A stretch of 64,000 nucleotides of DNA from Leucoraja erinacea. Its lineage: Eukaryota. Position 1 is the stretch's first letter. Each line of letters begins with the position of its first letter. Below are positions 63,622 through 64,000 of the stretch, one piece after another. The position numbers were made by a program, and so were the translations under genes. The notes below the pieces were generated by a model, which saw only the letters and a list, made by a program, of their open reading frames with translations, had not been told where the DNA came from and ran no database searches. Where the stretch lies: the NCBI RefSeq assembly GCF_028641065.1, contig NC_073386.1, positions 41,168,001-41,232,000 of the forward strand, written 5' to 3'.

Positions 63622-63815
63622 TAACCAGGTAATCTGTTTTATTGAGGGACAAATATTGGCCAGGGCACTGTAGATCTCTTAAATTGTATTTTGGGATCTT
63701 GTACTTCCACCTGACTGGGCAGGCATTGCCTTAGTTTCAAGTAACATCTGGAGCATCAGTCATTCAACTATATACTGGAATGTCAACCTAGATTTTGCGC
63801 TTTCGACTGAATCGG
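63622..63815 (-). mobile_element. Deu-domain SINE remnant (SacSINE1/AmnSINE1-like)
   Basis: Minus strand caggtggaagtacaagatccc...gtgccctggccaatatttgtccctcaa...aaacagattacctgg matches the Deu domain as I recall it. Confidence 0.6.
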
Positions 63816-64000
63816 TAATCTGCCTCCAATCTGCACTATTTATTCAAAAGTTCATTGCATCAAATACCAAAGCCTTGTAGCTGACCAAAGTTGGAGCCCT
63901 GACATTTCAATTCTTTGGAGCCTCTCTTTTAATATACTACTCAAATTTGTAACAAAATTTGAACCATCTCTTGAAATGACCATGCCTTTGCAGTCTTTCA

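Noticed and set aside
48738-64000. XPR1 exon 12 onward
   Set aside because: No WDLKMDWGL-like sequence found; probably beyond the window.

Overview
Eukaryotic, AT-rich, repeat-dense vertebrate DNA. The repeat set (HE1-like V-SINEs, CR1/HER1-like LINEs, Penelope-like elements, Deu-SINE) points to a cartilaginous fish, probably a skate or ray; this is inference. The window lies inside one + strand gene, an XPR1/SLC53A1-family phosphate exporter. Eight coding exons matching human exons 4-11 are readable, all with AG/GT boundaries and consistent phases. Exons 1-3 and 12 onward were not found. Almost all other ORFs in the track are decayed transposon fragments or noise. The introns carry CR1, Rex1/Babar-like, HERO-like and RTE-like retroelements, many Penelope fragments, and Harbinger and hAT non-autonomous elements with clean TSDs. 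Best leads: (1) a recursive-splice-site signature with a poison RS-exon upstream of exon 4; (2) minimal hammerhead-like cores in the Penelope terminal repeat, some copies being short TSD-flanked or fold-back units; (3) TTAGGG pairs at the junctions of a 64-bp tandem triplication; (4) a compact motif-dense candidate enhancer. I cannot support a wholly new multi-gene system. TE boundaries without TSDs are approximate, family names are recognised from memory, and no searches were run.
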